From assembly GCF_009914755.1 (NCBI RefSeq), contig NC_060943.1: a stretch of 64,000 nucleotides of DNA. The stretch is one strand, 5' to 3'. A model generated the notes under the pieces. It saw only the letters and a list, made by a program, of their open reading frames with translations, made no database searches and was not told where the DNA came from. Source of the DNA: the human T2T-CHM13v2.0 reference genome, Homo sapiens. This document shows positions 1 to 12,600 of the stretch, one piece after another. Made by a program: the position numbers and the translations under genes. Within the stretch, counting starts at the first letter, position 1. Every line of letters begins with the position of its first letter.

Positions 1-247
1 CGATCGTTTACACAGAGCAGACTTGAGACACTCTTTTTGTGGAATTTGTAAGTGGAGATTTCAGCCGCTTTGAGGTCAATGGTAGAAAAGGAAATATCTT
101 CATATAAAAACTAGACAGAATGATTATCAGAAACTCCTTTGTGATGTGTGCGTTCAACTCACAGAGTTTAACCTTTCTTTTCATAGAGCAGTTAGGAAAC
201 ACTCTGTTTGTAAAGTCTGCAAGTGGATATTCAGACCTCTTTGAGGC

Positions 248-264
248 CTTCGTTGGAAACGGGA
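248..264 (+). promoter_or_regulatory. CENP-B box (first of about 188 box positions, spaced about 340 bp apart, last at 63834)
   Basis: CTTCGTTGGAAACGGGA matches the 17-bp box with core nTTCGnnnnAnnCGGGn. Common core-preserving variants are tttcgttggaaacggga and cttcgttggaagcggga. About 155 of 188 keep the core by my count. Confidence 0.97.
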
Positions 265-289
265 TTTCTTCATATTATGCTAGACAGAA

Positions 290-295
290 GAATTC
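290..295. other. EcoRI site defining the 340-bp EcoRI alphoid dimer (recurs in nearly every dimer)
   Basis: GAATTC at 290, 630, 970 and onward; visibly lost near 50276 and 54017 (gaagattt). Confidence 0.9.
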
Positions 296-461
296 TCAGT
301 AACTTCCTTGTGTTGTGTGTATTCAACTCACAGAGTTGAACGATCCTTTACACAGAGGAGACTTGAAACACTCTTTTTGTGGAATTTGCAAGTGGAGATT
401 TCAGCCGCTTTGAGGTCAATGGTAGAAAAGGAAATATCTTCGTATAAAAACTAGACAGAAT
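291..461 (+). repeat. Representative A-type (J1-like) monomer, 171 bp, no CENP-B box
   Basis: Runs from aattctcagtaac (291) to the base before gattctcagaaac (462). The box position holds tcaatggtagaaaaggaa, resembling the A-box/pJ-alpha-type motif. Confidence 0.9.
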
Positions 462-630
462 GATTCTCAGAAACTCCTTTGTGATGTGTGCGTTCAACTC
501 ACAGAGTTTAACCTTTCTTTTCATAGAGCAGTTAGGAAACACTCTGTTTGTAAAGTCTGCAAGTGGATATTCAGACCTCCTTGAGGCCTTCGTTGGAAAC
601 GGGATTTCTTCATATTATGCTAGACAGAAG
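462..630 (+). repeat. Representative B-type (J2-like) monomer, 169 bp, with CENP-B box
   Basis: Runs from gattctcagaaac (462) to the base before the next aattctcagt (631); contains cttcgttggaaacggga at 588-604. Confidence 0.9.
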
Positions 631-3600
631 AATTCTCAGTAACTTCCTTGTGTTGTGTGTATTCAACTCACAGAGTTGAACGATCCTTTACACAGAGCAG
701 ACTTGAAACACTCTTTTTGTGGAATTTGCAAGTGGAGATTTCAGCCGCTTTGAGGTCAATGGTAGAATAGGAAATATCTTCCTATAGAAACTAGACAGAA
801 TGATTCTGAGAAACTCCTTTGTGATGTGTGCGTTCAACTCACAGAGTTTAACCTTTCTTTTCATAGAGCAGTTAGGAAACACTCTGTTTGTAAAGTCTGC
901 AAGTGGATATTCAGACCTCTTTGAGGCCTTCGTTGGAAACGGGATTTCTTCATATTATGCTAGACAGAAGAATTCTCAGTAACTTCCTTGTGTTGTGTGT
1001 ATTCAACTCACAGAGTTGAACGATCCTTTACACAGAGCAGACTTGAAACACTCTTTTTGTGGAATTTGCAAGTGGAGATTTCAGCCGCTTTGAGTTCAAT
1101 GGTAGAATAGGAAATATCTTCCTATAGAAACTAGACAGAATGATTCTCAGAAACTCCTTTGTGATGTGTGCGTTCAACTCACAGAGTTCAACCTTTCTTT
1201 TCATAGAGCAGTTGGGAAACACTCTGTTTGTAAAGTCTGCAAGTGGATATTCAGACTTCTTTGAGGCCTTCGTTGGAAGCGGGATTTCTTCATATTCTGC
1301 TAGACAGAAGAATTCTCAGTAACTTCCTTGTGTTGTGTGTATTCAACTCACAGAGTTGAATGATCCTTTACACAGAACAGTCTTGAAACACTCTTTTTGT
1401 GGAATTTGCAAGTGGAGATTTCAGCCGCTTTGAGGTCAATGGTAGAATAGGAAATATCTTCCTATAGAAACTAGACAGAATGATTCTCAGAAACTCCTTT
1501 GTGATGTGTGCGTTCAACTCACAGAGTTTAACCTTTCTTTTCATAGAGCAGTTAGGAAACACTCTGTTTGTAAAGTCTGCAAGTGGATATTCAGACATCT
1601 TTGAGGCTTTCGTTGGAAACGGGATTTCTTCATATTCTGCTAGACAGAAGAATTCTCAGAAACTTCGTTGTGTTGTGTGTTTTCAACTCACAGAGTTCAA
1701 CGATCCTTTACACAGAGTAGACTTGAAACACTCTTTTTGTGGAATTGGCAGGGTGGAGATTTCAGCCGCTTTGAGGTCAATGGTAGAAAAGGAAATATCT
1801 TCGTATAAAAACAAGACAGAGTGATTCTCAGAAACTCCTTTGTGATGTCTGCGTTCAACTCACAGAGTTTAACCTTCCTTTTCATAGAGCAGTTAGGAAA
1901 CACTCTGTTTGTAAATTCTGCAAGTGGATATTCAGACCTCCTTGAGGCCTTCGTTGGAAACGGGATTTCTTCATATTCTGCTATACAGAAGAATTCTCAG
2001 AAACTTCCTTGTGTTGTGTGTATTCAACTCACAGAGTTGAACGATCGTTTACACAGAGCAGACTTGAGACACTGTTTTTGTGGAATTTGTAAGTGGAGAT
2101 TTCAGCCGCTTTGGGGTCAATGGTAGAAAAGGAAATATCTTCATGTAAAAACTAGACAGAATGATTCTCAGAAACTCCTTTGTGATGTGTGCGTTCAACT
2201 CACAGAGTTTAACCTTTCTTTTCATAGAGCAGTTAGGAAACACTCTGTTTGTAAAGTCTGCAAGTGGATATTCAGACCTCCTTGAGGCCTTCGTTGGAAA
2301 CGGGATTTCTTCATATTATGCTAGACAGAAGAATTCTCAGTAACTTCCTTGTGTTGTGTGTATTCAACTCACAGAGTTGAACGATCCTTTACACAGAGCA
2401 GACTTGAAACACTCTTTTTGTGGAATTTGCAAGTGGAGATTTCAGCCGCTTTGAGGTCAATGGTAGAATAGGAAATATCTTCCTATAGAAACTAGACAGA
2501 ATGATTCTGAGAAACTCCTTTGTGATGTGTGCGTTCAACTCACAGAGTTTAACCTTTCTTTTCATAGAGCAGTTAAGAAACACTCTGTTTGTAAAGTCTG
2601 CAAGTGGATATTCAGACCTCCTTGAGGCCTTCGTTGGAAACGGGATTTCTTCATATTATGCTAGACAGAAGAATTCTCAATAACTTCCTTGTGTTGTGTG
2701 TATTCAACTCACAGAGTTGAACGATCCTTTACACAGAGCAGACTTGAAACACTCTTGTTGTGGAATTTGCAAGTGGAGATTTCAGCCGCTTTGAGTTCAA
2801 TGGTAGAATAGGAAATATCTTCCAATAGAAACTAGACAGAATGATTCTCAGAAACTCCTTTGTGATGTGTGCGTTCAACTCACAGAGTTCAACCTTTCTT
2901 TTCATAGAGCAGTTGGGAAACACTCTGTTTGTAAAGTCTGCAAGTGGATATTCAGACTTCTTTGAGGCCTTCGTTGGAAGCGGGATTTCTTCATATTCTG
3001 CTAGACAGAAGAATTCTCAGTAACTTCCTTGTGTTGTGTGTATTCAACTCACAGAGTTGAACGATCCTTTACACAGAGCAGACTTGAAACACTCTTTTTG
3101 TGGAATTTGCCAGTGGAGATTTCAGCCGCTTTGAGGTCAATGGTAGAATAGGAAATATCTTCCTATAGAAACTAGACAGAATGATTCTCAGAAACTCCTT
3201 TGTGATGTGTGCGTTCAACTCACAGAGTTTAACCTTTCTTTTCATAGAGCAGTTAGGAAACACTCTGTTTGTAAAGTCTGCAAGTGGATATTCAGACATC
3301 CTTGAGGCTTTCGTTGGAAACGGGATTTCTTCATATTCTGCAAGAAAGAAGAATTCTCAGTAACTTCCTTGTGTTGTGTGTATTCAACTCACAGAGTTGA
3401 ATGATCCTTTACACAGAACAGTCTTGAAACACTCTTTTTGTGGAATTTGCAAGTGGAGATTTCAGCCGCTTTGAGGTCAATGGTAGAATAGGAAATATCT
3501 TCCTATAGAAACTAGACAGAATGATTCTCAGAAACTCCTTTGTGATGTGTGCGTTCAACTCACAGAGTTTAACCTTTCTTTTCATAGAGCAGTTAGGAAA

Positions 3601-6600
3601 CACTCTGTTTGTAAAGTCTGCAAGTGGATATTCAGACTTCTTTGAGGCTTTCGTTGGAAACGGGATTTCTTCATATTCTGCTAGACAGAAGAATTCTCAG
3701 AAACTTCGTTGTGTTGTGTGTTTTCAACTCACAGAGTTCAACGATCCTTTACACAGAGAAGACTTGAAACACTCTTTTTGTGGAATTGGCAGGGTGGAGA
3801 TTTCAGCCGCTTTGAGGTCAATGGTAGAAAAGGAAATATCTTCGTATAAAAACTAGACAGAGTGATTCTCAGAAACTCCTTTGTGATGTCTGCGTTCAAC
3901 TCACAGAGTTTAACCTTTCTTTTCATAGAGCAGTTAGGAAACACTCTGTTTGTAAAGTCTGCAAGTGGATATTCAGACCTCCTTGAGGCCTTCGTTGGAA
4001 ACGGGATTTCTTCATATTCTGCTATACAGAAGAATTCTCAGAAACTTCCTTGTGTTGTGTGTATTCAACTCACAGAGTTGAACGATCGTTTACACAGAGC
4101 AGACTTGAGACACTCTTTTTGTGGAATTTGTAAGTGGAGATTTCAGCCGCTTTGAGGTCAATGGTAGAAAAGGAAATATCTTCATATAAAAACTAGACAG
4201 AATGATTATCAGAAACTCCTTTGTGATGTGTGCGTTCAACTCACAGAGTTTAACCTTTCTTTTCATAGAGCACTTAGGAAACACTCTGTTTGTAAAGTCT
4301 GCAAGTGGATATTCAGACCTCTTTGAGGCCTTCGTTGGAAACGGGATTTCTTCATATTATGCTAGACAGAAGAATTCTCAGTAACTTCCTTGTGTTGTGT
4401 GTATTCAACTCACAGAGTTGAACGATCCTTTACACAGAGGAGACTTGAAACACTCTTTTTGTGGAATTTGCAAGTGGAGATTTCAGCCGCTTTGAGGTCA
4501 ATGGTAGAAAAGGAAATATCTTCGTATAAAAACTAGACAGAATGATTCTCAGAAACTCCTTTGTGATGTGTGCGTTCAACTCACAGAGTTTAACCTTTCT
4601 TTTCATAGAGCAGTTAGGAAACACTCTGTTTGTAAAGTCTGCAAGTGGATATTCAGACCTCCTTGAGGCCTTCGTTGGAAACGGGATTTCTTCATATTAT
4701 GCTAGACAGAAGAATTCTCAGTAACTTCCTTGTGTTGTGTGTATTCAACTCACAGAGTTGAACGATCCTTTACACAGAGCAGACTTGAAACACTCTTTTT
4801 GTGGAATTTGCAAGTGGAGATTTCAGCCGCTTTGAGGTCAATGGTAGAATAGGAAATATCTTCCTATAGAAACTAGACAGAATGATTCTGAGAAACTCCT
4901 TTGTGATGTGTGCGTTCAACTCACAGAGTTTAACCTTTCTTTTCATAGAGCAGTTAGGAAACACTCTGTTTGTAAAGTCTGCAAGTGGATATTCAGAACT
5001 CTTTGAGGCCTTCGTTGGAAACGGGATTTCTTCATATTATGCTAGACAGAAGAATTCTCAGTAACTTCCTTGTGTTGTGTGTATTCAACTCACAGAGTTG
5101 AACGATCCTTTACACAGAGCAGACTTGAAACACTCTTTTTGTGGAATTTGCAAGTGGAGATTTCAGCCGCTTTGAGTTCAATGGTAGAATAGGAAATATC
5201 TTCCTATAGAAACTAGACAGAATGATTCTCAGAAACTCCTTTGTGATGTGTGCGTTCAACTCACAGAGTTCAACCTTTCTTTTCATAGAGCAGTTGGGAA
5301 ACACTCTGTTTGTAAAGTCTGCAAGTGGATATTCAGACTTCTTTGAGGCCTTCGTTGGAAGCGGGATTTCTTCATATTCTGCTAGACAGAAGAATTCTCA
5401 GTAACTTCCTTGTGTTGTGTGTATTCAACTCACAGAGTTGAATGATCCTTTACACAGAACAGTCTTGAAACACTCTTTTTGTGGAATTTGCAAGTGGAGA
5501 TTTCAGCCGCTTTGAGGTCAATGGTAGAATAGGAAATATCTTCCTATAGAAACTAGACAGAATGATTCTCAGAAACTCCTTTGTGATGTGTGCGTTCAAC
5601 TCACAGAGTTTAACCTTTCTTTTCATAGAGCAGTTAGGAAACACTCTGTTTGTAAAGTCTGCAAGTGGATATTCAGACATCTTTGAGGCTTTCGTTGGAA
5701 ACGGGATTTCTTCATATTCTGCTAGACAGAAGAATTCTCAGAAACTTCGTTGTGTTGTGTGTTTTCAACTCACAGAGTTCAACGATCCTTTACACAGAGT
5801 AGACTTGAAACACTCTTTTTGTGGAATTGGCAGGGTGGAGATTTCAGCCGCTTTGAGGTCAATGGTAGAAAAGGAAATATCTTCGTATAAAAACAAGACA
5901 GAGTGATTCTCAGAAACTCCTTTGTGATGTCTGCGTTCAACTCACAGAGTTTAACCTTCCTTTTCATAGAGCAGTTAGGAAACACTCTGTTTGTAAATTC
6001 TGCAAGTGGATATTCAGACCTCCTTGAGGCCTTCGTTGGAAACGGGATTTCTTCATATTCTGCTATACAGAAGAATTCTCAGAAACTTCCTTGTGTTGTG
6101 TGTATTCAACTCACAGAGTTGAACGATCGTTTACACAGAGCAGACTTGAGACACTCTTTTTGTGGAATTTGTAAGTGGAGATTTCAGCCGCTTTGGGGTC
6201 AATGGTAGAAAAGGAAATATCTTCATGTAAAAACTAGACAGAATGATTCTCAGAAACTCCTTTGTGATGTGTGCGTTCAACTCACAGAGTTTAACCTTTC
6301 TTTTCATAGAGCAGTTAGGAAACACTCTGTTTGTAAAGTCTGCAAGTGGATATTCAGACCTCCTTGAGGCCTTCGTTGGAAACGGGATTTCTTCATATTA
6401 TGCTAGACAGAAGAATTCTCAGTAACTTCCTTGTGTTGTGTGTATTCAACTCACAGAGTTGAACGATCCTTTACACAGAGCAGACTTGAAACACTCTTTT
6501 TGTGGAATTTGCAAGTGGAGATTTCAGCCGCTTTGAGGTCAATGGTAGAATAGGAAATATCTTCCTATAGAAACTAGACAGAATGATTCTGAGAAACTCC

Positions 6601-9600
6601 TTTGTGATGTGTGCGTTCAACTCACAGAGTTTAACCTTTCTTTTCATAGAGCAGTTAAGAAACACTCTGTTTGTAAAGTCTGCAAGTGGATATTCAGACC
6701 TCCTTGAGGCCTTCGTTGGAAACGGGATTTCTTCATATTATGCTAGACAGAAGAATTCTCAATAACTTCCTTGTGTTGTGTGTATTCAACTCACAGAGTT
6801 GAACGATCCTTTACACAGAGCAGACTTGAAACACTCTTGTTGTGGAATTTGCAAGTGGAGATTTCAGCCGCTTTGAGTTCAATGGTAGAATAGGAAATAT
6901 CTTCCAATAGAAACTAGACAGAATGATTCTCAGAAACTCCTTTGTGATGTGTGCGTTCAACTCACAGAGTTCAACCTTTCTTTTCATAGAGCAGTTGGGA
7001 AACACTCTGTTTGTAAAGTCTGCAAGTGGATATTCAGACTTCTTTGAGGCCTTCGTTGGAAGCGGGATTTCTTCATATTCTGCTAGACAGAAGAATTCTC
7101 AGTAACTTCCTTGTGTTGTGTGTATTCAACTCACAGAGTTGAACGATCCTTTACACAGAGCAGACTTGAAACACTCTTTTTGTGGAATTTGCCAGTGGAG
7201 ATTTCAGCCGCTTTGAGGTCAATGGTAGAATAGGAAATATCTTCCTATAGAAACTAGACAGAATGATTCTCAGAAACTCCTTTGTGATGTGTGCGTTCAA
7301 CTCACAGAGTTTAACCTTTCTTTTCAAAGAGCAGTTAGGAAACACTCTGTTTGTAAAGTCTGCAAGTGGATATTCAGACATCCTTGAGGCTTTCGTTGGA
7401 AACGGGATTTCTTCATATTCTGCAAGAAAGAAGAATTCTCAGTAACTTCCTTGTGTTGTGTGTATTCAACTCACAGAGTTGAATGATCCTTTACACAGAA
7501 CAGTCTTGAAACACTCTTTTTGTGGAATTTGCAAGTGGAGATTTCAGCCGCTTTGAGGTCAATGGTAGAATAGGAAATATCTTCCTATAGAAACTAGACA
7601 GAATGATTCTCAGAAACTCCTTTGTGATGTGTGCGTTCAACTCACAGAGTTTAACCTTTCTCTTCATAGAGCAGTTCGGAAACACTCTGTTTGTAAAGTC
7701 TGCAAGTGGATATTCAGACATCTTTGAGGTTTTCGTTGGAAACGGGATTTCTTCATATTCTGCTAGACAGAAGAATTCTCAGAAACTTCGTTGTGTTGTG
7801 TGTTTTCAACTCACAGAGTTGAACGATAGTTTACACAGAGCAGACTTGAGACACTCTTTTTGTGGAATTTGTAAGTGGAGATTTCAGCCGCTTTGAGGTC
7901 AATGGTAGAAAAGGAAATATCTTCATATAAAAACTAGACAGAATGATTCTCAGACACTCCTTTGTGATGTGTGCGTTCAACTCACAGAGTTTAACCTTTC
8001 TTTTCATAGAGCAGTTAGGAAACACTCTGTTTGTAAAGTCTGCAAGTGGATATTCAGACCTCTTTGAGGCCTTCATTGGAAACGGGATTTCTTCATATTA
8101 TGCTAGACAGAAGAATTCTCAGTAACTTCCTTGTGTTGTGTGTATTCAACTCACAGAGTTGAACGATCCTTTACACAGAGCAGACTTGAAACACTCTTTT
8201 TGTGGAAATTGCAAGTGGAGATTTCAGCCGCTTTGAGGTCAATGGTAAAAAAGGAAATATCTTCGTATAAAAACTAGACAGAGTGATTCTCAGAAACTCC
8301 TTTGTGATGTGTGCGTTCAACTCACAGAGTTTAACCTTTCTTTTCATAGAGCAGTTAGGAAACACTCTGTTTGTAAAGTCTGCAAGTGGATATTCAGACA
8401 TCCTTGAGGCTTTCGTTGGAAACGGGATTTCTTCATATTCTGCTAGAAAGAAGAATTCTCAGTAACTTCCTTGTGTTGTGTGTATTCAACTCACAGAGTT
8501 GAATGATCCTTTACACAGAACAGTCTTGAAACACTCTTTTTGTGGAATTTGCAAGTGGAGATTTCAGCCGCTTTGAGGTCAATGGTAGAATAGGAAATAT
8601 CTTCCTATAGAAACTAGACAGAATGATTCTCAGAAACTCCTTTGTGATGTGTGCGTTCAATTCACAGAGTTTAACCTTTCTTTTCATAGAGCAGTTAGGA
8701 AACACTCTGTTTGTAAAGTCTGCAAGTGGATATTCAGACATCTTTGAGGCTTTCGTTGGAAACGGGATTTCTTCATATTCTGCTAGACAGAAGAATTCTC
8801 AGAAACTTCGTTGTGTTGTGTGTTTTCAACTCACAGAGTTCAACGATCCTTTACACAGAGTAGACTTGAAACACTCTTTTTGTGGAATTGGCAGGGTGGA
8901 GATTTCAGCCGCTTTGAGGTCAATGGTAGAAAAGGAAATATCTTCGTATAAAAACTAGACAGAGTGATTCTCAGAAACTCCTTTGTGATGTCTGCGTTCA
9001 ACTCACAGAGTTTAACCTTTCTTTTCATAGAGCAGTTAGGAAACACTCTGTTTGTAAAGTCTGCAAGTGGATATTCAGACCTCCTTGAGGCCTTCGTTGG
9101 AAATGGGATTTCTTCATATTCTGCTATACAGAAGAATTCTCAGAAACTTCCTTGTGTTGTGTGTATTCAACTCACAGATTTGAACGATCGTTTACACAGA
9201 GCAGACTTGAGACACTCTTTTTGTGGAATTTGTAAGTGGAGATTTCAGCCTCTTTGAGGTCAATGGTAGAAAAGGAAATATCTTCATATAAAAACTAGAC
9301 AGAATGATTCTCAGAAACTCCTTTGTGATGTGTGCGTTCAACTCACAGAGTTTAACCTTTCTTTTCATAGAGCAGTTAGGAAACACTCTGTTTGTAAAGT
9401 CTGCAAGTGCATATTCAGACCTCTTTGAGGCCTTCGTTGGAAACGGGATTTCTTCATATTATGCTAGACAGAAGAATTCTCAGTAACTTCCTTGTGTTGT
9501 GTGTATTCAACTCACAGAGTTGAACGATCCTTTACACAAAGCAGACTTGAAACACTCTTTTTGTGGAATTTGCAAGTGGAGATTTCAGCCGCTTTGAGGT

Positions 9601-12600
9601 CAATGGTAGAAAAGGAAATATCTTCGTATAAAAACTAGACAGAATGATTCTCAGAAACACCTTTGTGATGTGTGTGTTCAACTCACAGAGTTTAACCTTT
9701 CTTTTCATAGAGCAGTTAGGAAACACTCTGTTTGTAAAGTCTGCAAGTGGATATACAGACCTCCTTGAGGCCTTCGTTGGAAACGGGATTTCTTCATATT
9801 ATGCTAGACAGAAGAATTCTCAGTAACTTCCTTGTGTTGTGTGTATTCAACTCACAGAGTTGAACGATCCTTTACACAGAGCAGACTTGAAACACTCTTT
9901 TTGTGGAATTTGCAAGTGGAGATTTCAGCCGCTTTGAGGTCAATGGTAGAATAGGAAATATCTTCCTATAGAAACTAGACAGAATGATTCTGAGAAACTC
10001 CTTTGTGATGTGTGCGTTCAACTCACAGAGTTTAACCTTTCTTTTCATAGAGCAGTTAGGAAACACTCTGTTTGTAAAGTCTGCAAGTGGATATTCAGAC
10101 ATCCTTGAGGCTTTCGTTGGAAACGGGATTTCTTCATATTCTGCTAGAAAGAAGAATTCTCAGTAACTTCCTTGTGTTGTGTGTATTCAACTCACAGAGT
10201 TGAATGATCCTTTACACAGATCAGTCTTGAAACACTCTTTTTGTGGAATTTGCAAGTGGAGATTTCAGCCGCTTTGAGGTCAATGGTAGAATAGGAAATA
10301 TCTTCCTATAGAAACTAGACAGAATGATTCTCAGAAACTCCTTTGTGATGTGTGCGTTCAACTCACAGAGTTTAACCTTTCTCTTCATAGAGCAGTTCGG
10401 AAACACTCTGTTTGTAAAGTCTGCAAGTGGATATTCAGACATCTTTGAGGCTTTCGTTGGAAACGGGATTTCTTCATATTCTGCTAGACAGAAGAATTCT
10501 CAGAAACTTTGTTGTGTTGTGTGTTTTCAACTCACAGAGTTGAACGATCGTTTACACAGAGCAGACATGAGACACTCTTTTTGTGGAATTTGTAAGTGGA
10601 GATTTCAGCCGCTTTGAGGTCAATGGTAGAAAAGGAAATATCTTCATATAAATACTAGACAGAATGATTCTCAGAAAATCCTTTGTGATGTGTGCGTTCA
10701 ACTCACAGAGTTTAACCTTTCTTTTCATAGAGCAGTTAGGAAACACTCTGTTTGTAAAGTCTGCAAGTGGATATTCAGACATCTTTGAGGCCTTCGTTGG
10801 AAACGGGTTTTCTTCATGTTCTGCTAGACAGAAGAATTCTCAGAAACTTCCTTGTGTTGTGTGTTTTCAACTCACAGAGTTGAACGATGCTTTACACAGA
10901 GTAGACTTGAAACACTCTTTTTGTGTAATTTGCAAGTGGAGATTTCAGCCGCTTTGAGGTCAATGGTAGAAAAGGAAATATCTTCGTATAAAAACTAGAC
11001 AGAATGATTCTCAGAAACTCCTTTGTGATGTGTGCGTTCAACTCACAGAGTTTAACCTTTCTTTTCATAGAGCAGTTAGGAAACACTCTGTTTGTAAAGT
11101 CTGCAAGTGGATATTCAGACCTCTTTGAGGCCTTCGTTGGAAACGGATTTTCTTCATATTATGCTAGAGAGAAGAATTCTCAGTAACTTCATTGTGTTGT
11201 GTGTATTCAACTCACAGAGTTGAACGATCCTTTACACAGAGCAGACTTGAAACACTCTTTTTCTGGAATTTGCAAGTGGAGATTTCAGCCGCTTTGAGGT
11301 CAATGGTAGAATAGGAAATATCTTCCTATAGAAACTAGACAGAATGATTCTCAGAAACTCCTTTGTGATGTGTGCGTTCAACTCACAGAGTTTAACCTTT
11401 CTTTTCATAGAGCAGTTAGGAAACACTCTGTTTGTAAAGTCTGCAAGTGGATATTCAGACCTCCTTGAGGCCTTCGTTGGAAACGGGATTTCTACATATT
11501 ATGCTAGACAGAAGAATTCTCAGTAACTTCCTTGTGTTGTGTGTATTCAACTCACAGAGTTGAACGATCCTTTACACAGAGCAGACTTGAAACACTCTTT
11601 TTGTGGAATTTGCAAGTGGAGATTTCAGCCTCTTTGAGGTCAATGGTAGAATAGGAAATATCTTCCTATAGAAACTAGACAGAATGATTCTGAGAAACTC
11701 CTTTGTGATGTGTGCGTTCAACTCACAGAGTTTAACCTTTCTTTTCATAGAGCAGTTAGGAAACACTCTGTTTGTAAAGTCTGCAAGTGGATATTCAGAC
11801 CTCCTTGAGGCCTTCGTTGGAAACGGGATTTCTTCATATTATGCTAGACAGAAGAATTCTCAGTAACTTCCTTGTGTTGTGTGTATTCAACTCACAGAAT
11901 TGAACGATCCTTTACACAGAGCAGAATTGAAACACTCTTTTTGTGGAATTTGCAAGTGGAGATTTCAGCCGCTTTGAGGTCAATGGTAGAAATGGAAATA
12001 TCTTCGTATAAAAACTAGACAGAATGATTCTCAGAAACTCCTTTGTGATGTGTGCATTCAACTCACAGAGTTTAACCTTTCTTTTCACAGAGCAGTTAGG
12101 AAACACTCTGTTTGTAAAGTCTGCAAGTGGATATTCAGACCTCCTTGAGGCCTTCGTTGGAAACGGGATTTCTTCATATTATGCTAGACAGAAGAATTCT
12201 CAGTAACTTCCTTGTGTTGTGTGTATTCAACTCACAGAGTTGAACGATCCTTTACACAGAGCAGACTTGAAACACTCTTTTTGTGGAATTTGCAAGTGGA
12301 GATTTCAGCCGCTTTGAGGTCAATGGTAGAATAGGAAATATCTTTCTATAGAAACTAGACAGAATGATTCTGAGAAACTCCTTTGTGATGTGTGCGTTCA
12401 ACTCACAGAGTTTAACCTTTCCTTTCATAGAGCAGTTAGGAAACACTCTGTTTGTAAAGTCTGCAAGTGGATATTCAGACCTCCTTGAGGCCTTCGTTGG
12501 AAACGGGATTTCTTCTTATTAGGCTAGACAGAAGAATTCTCAGTAACTTCCTTGTGTTGTGTGTATTCAACTCACAGGGTTGAACGATCCTTTACACAGA

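Larger units (their letters stand above)
1..7660 (+). repeat. Tandem duplication, period 4082 bp (12 dimers, 24 monomers)
   Basis: Private variants recur at +4082: gattatcag (122/4204), cagaggag, aaacaagac, ctttggggtc, agttaagaa, ttccaatag, tgccagtgg, gcaagaaag. Confidence 0.92.

Noticed and set aside
1747-1756. G-quadruplex or Chi-like signal at ggcagggtgg
   Set aside because: G-tracts are mostly only two long, and the motif does not match GCTGGTGG. Bacterial Chi has no established relevance here.
1480-1903. Longer frameshift ORFs (111-114 aa, ...GIGRVEISAALRSMVEKEIS) suggesting programmed variation or a diversity-generating system
   Set aside because: Fully explained by a TAA>AAA change plus the +1 bp ggcagggtgg allele. 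No reverse transcriptase, recombinase or template/variable repeat pair is present.
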